From positions 119,598,001 to 119,662,000 of the forward strand of contig NC_091472.1 of NCBI RefSeq assembly GCF_036971445.1: a stretch of 64,000 bases of DNA, written 5' to 3'. The notes beneath the pieces were generated by a model. That model was given only the letters and a program-made list of their open reading frames with translations, was not told the DNA's origin and did not search any database. Of this stretch, positions 62,705 to 64,000 are shown piece after piece; the stretch's first letter is position 1, and each line of letters begins with the position of its first letter. This stretch comes from Narcine bancroftii. Lineage: Eukaryota. A program made the position numbers and the translations under genes.

Positions 62705-63689
62705 NCGGACAGGAGGCGGAGAATAGCTTTAAAAATAACTGCTGGGCAAATGAATAATCATTTACCTCACTTCATGAAGTCCAGTGTGAACTCGGAACAG
62801 TCCCGATGTAAGGACAGGGAGCTCGAACATCTTCATTGATGAAGGCGACGCACAAAACGTGAAGCGGATGAGTACAGCAAAATGTTTTAACTTTAGTAAT
62901 CAATATCAATAGCCCTTGCGGGTTAAGCTACATCGCCCACCAATGACCGAATGGAACCAGAACCAATTATTATTCCTTTATCGAGGCCAAATTACTGAAG
63001 GACTTTGCTTTCGAGGGGATTGTAGATACCATCCCAAACACTTGACACGCAAATACGTCACCGCTTCCATCCACACTTTCTCATTATTTCTGGCTATGTA
63101 TAATCGCAACATAATTATATTCTTAGAGATAGTACACAGTGTACAAAAACGTTTTGTTTTCAGTAAGTCTGGTATATTTAACACTTGGAAAACAAAACTC
63201 AAAGAGTGACAAAGCTCAGCGCACCTTACTGTTAAACTGGGGGCACAATCCTGTGGTGTTTCAATTAATGCTTTAATAATTGAGATCACTTTGTTTCCGA
63301 GCTTCATCCACTCCGAATCCCTTATATATTTTCTTGGCATTTCAAGTAAAAGATAACACGAGGCCAAAATATAAAATCTGCACCATCTGGCTAAAGTTTC
63401 TTCTATTTTGCAGACTACTGTGCCAGCGATCAGTGGAACCGGTTTGGCTACGTCCAATTTGGATTTCTCTATCGGCTAAACATGTACCTCGGAAAATCCT
63501 AGGCGTTAGTGTCCTTAAACACTCTGCGAAGGCAACGCAGCCAAAGAAATGTTGATTCTACTGATTGCAATATCAACGCACGCTTGCATTGACTCCGTCT
63601 ATCAAGGGCTGATGAAGAACTCACGATTAATTGAAAGAATTTGCCACCATTTAAAATAAAATTCCAGAGCGTGTTCCCCCCCCCCAAAA

Positions 63690-64000
63690 GTTTATTGTCA
63701 TATACCTAAGTACAATATACGGTTGCACCGAAGTTCTTACTTGGTGCAGTCACACACCAAAAACACTAGTATATATTAAATCACCACTCTATCCCATGAG
63801 GAAAAAAAAGAATCTAAATATAAATAGAAAATAAATAAATGTTCACAGTTACACAGTGAAAAAAAATGTGTAGACAGGTGTTTTGATGGTCTCCGTGTAA
63901 TTTAGGGTAAAGGTAGTGCGAGGAGTTCAAGGGCCTGATAGTTGTTCGAATTATAAAGAAAATGTCCTTGATCTCAGGCACTCTGCCTGAATGGAGCAGC
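63690..64000 (-). mobile_element. Rex-type LINE 3' end, similar to 7300-7620
   Basis: ttattgtcat...aagtacaat...cttacttg...tttagggta shared with the copy near 7300. Confidence 0.5.

Overview
Eukaryotic vertebrate genomic DNA. The repeat content (CR1, Rex/Babar and RTE LINEs, V-SINE/DeuSINE-like SINEs, Penelope-type terminal repeats) points to a cartilaginous fish, probably a ray; this is inference. The only well-supported gene is TBX1 on the minus strand: 8 coding exons, 55817 to 40137, with a continuous reading frame I checked junction by junction (about 452-509 aa depending on start and acceptor). Notable TBX1 features are an obligatory GC-AG intron, an upstream exon with an eh1-like motif (FRIASLI), three possible starts, and a long 3'UTR with a miR-96 8-mer. 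Bases 1 to ~29 kb are TE-dense and CpG-poor. From ~29.3 kb on, the sequence is CpG-richer and TE-poorer, and a strong CTCF motif sits at the transition. Less obvious structure includes dispersed degenerate hammerhead-ribozyme cores in Penelope-like repeats, a young solo LTR with a 4-bp TSD, a 98-bp inverted templated insertion ending at that LTR's target site, a 218-bp solo LTR, and a compound hAT MITE. I found no convincing new protein-coding system. Repeat family names come from recalled consensus features, not from database searches, and most TE boundaries are approximate.
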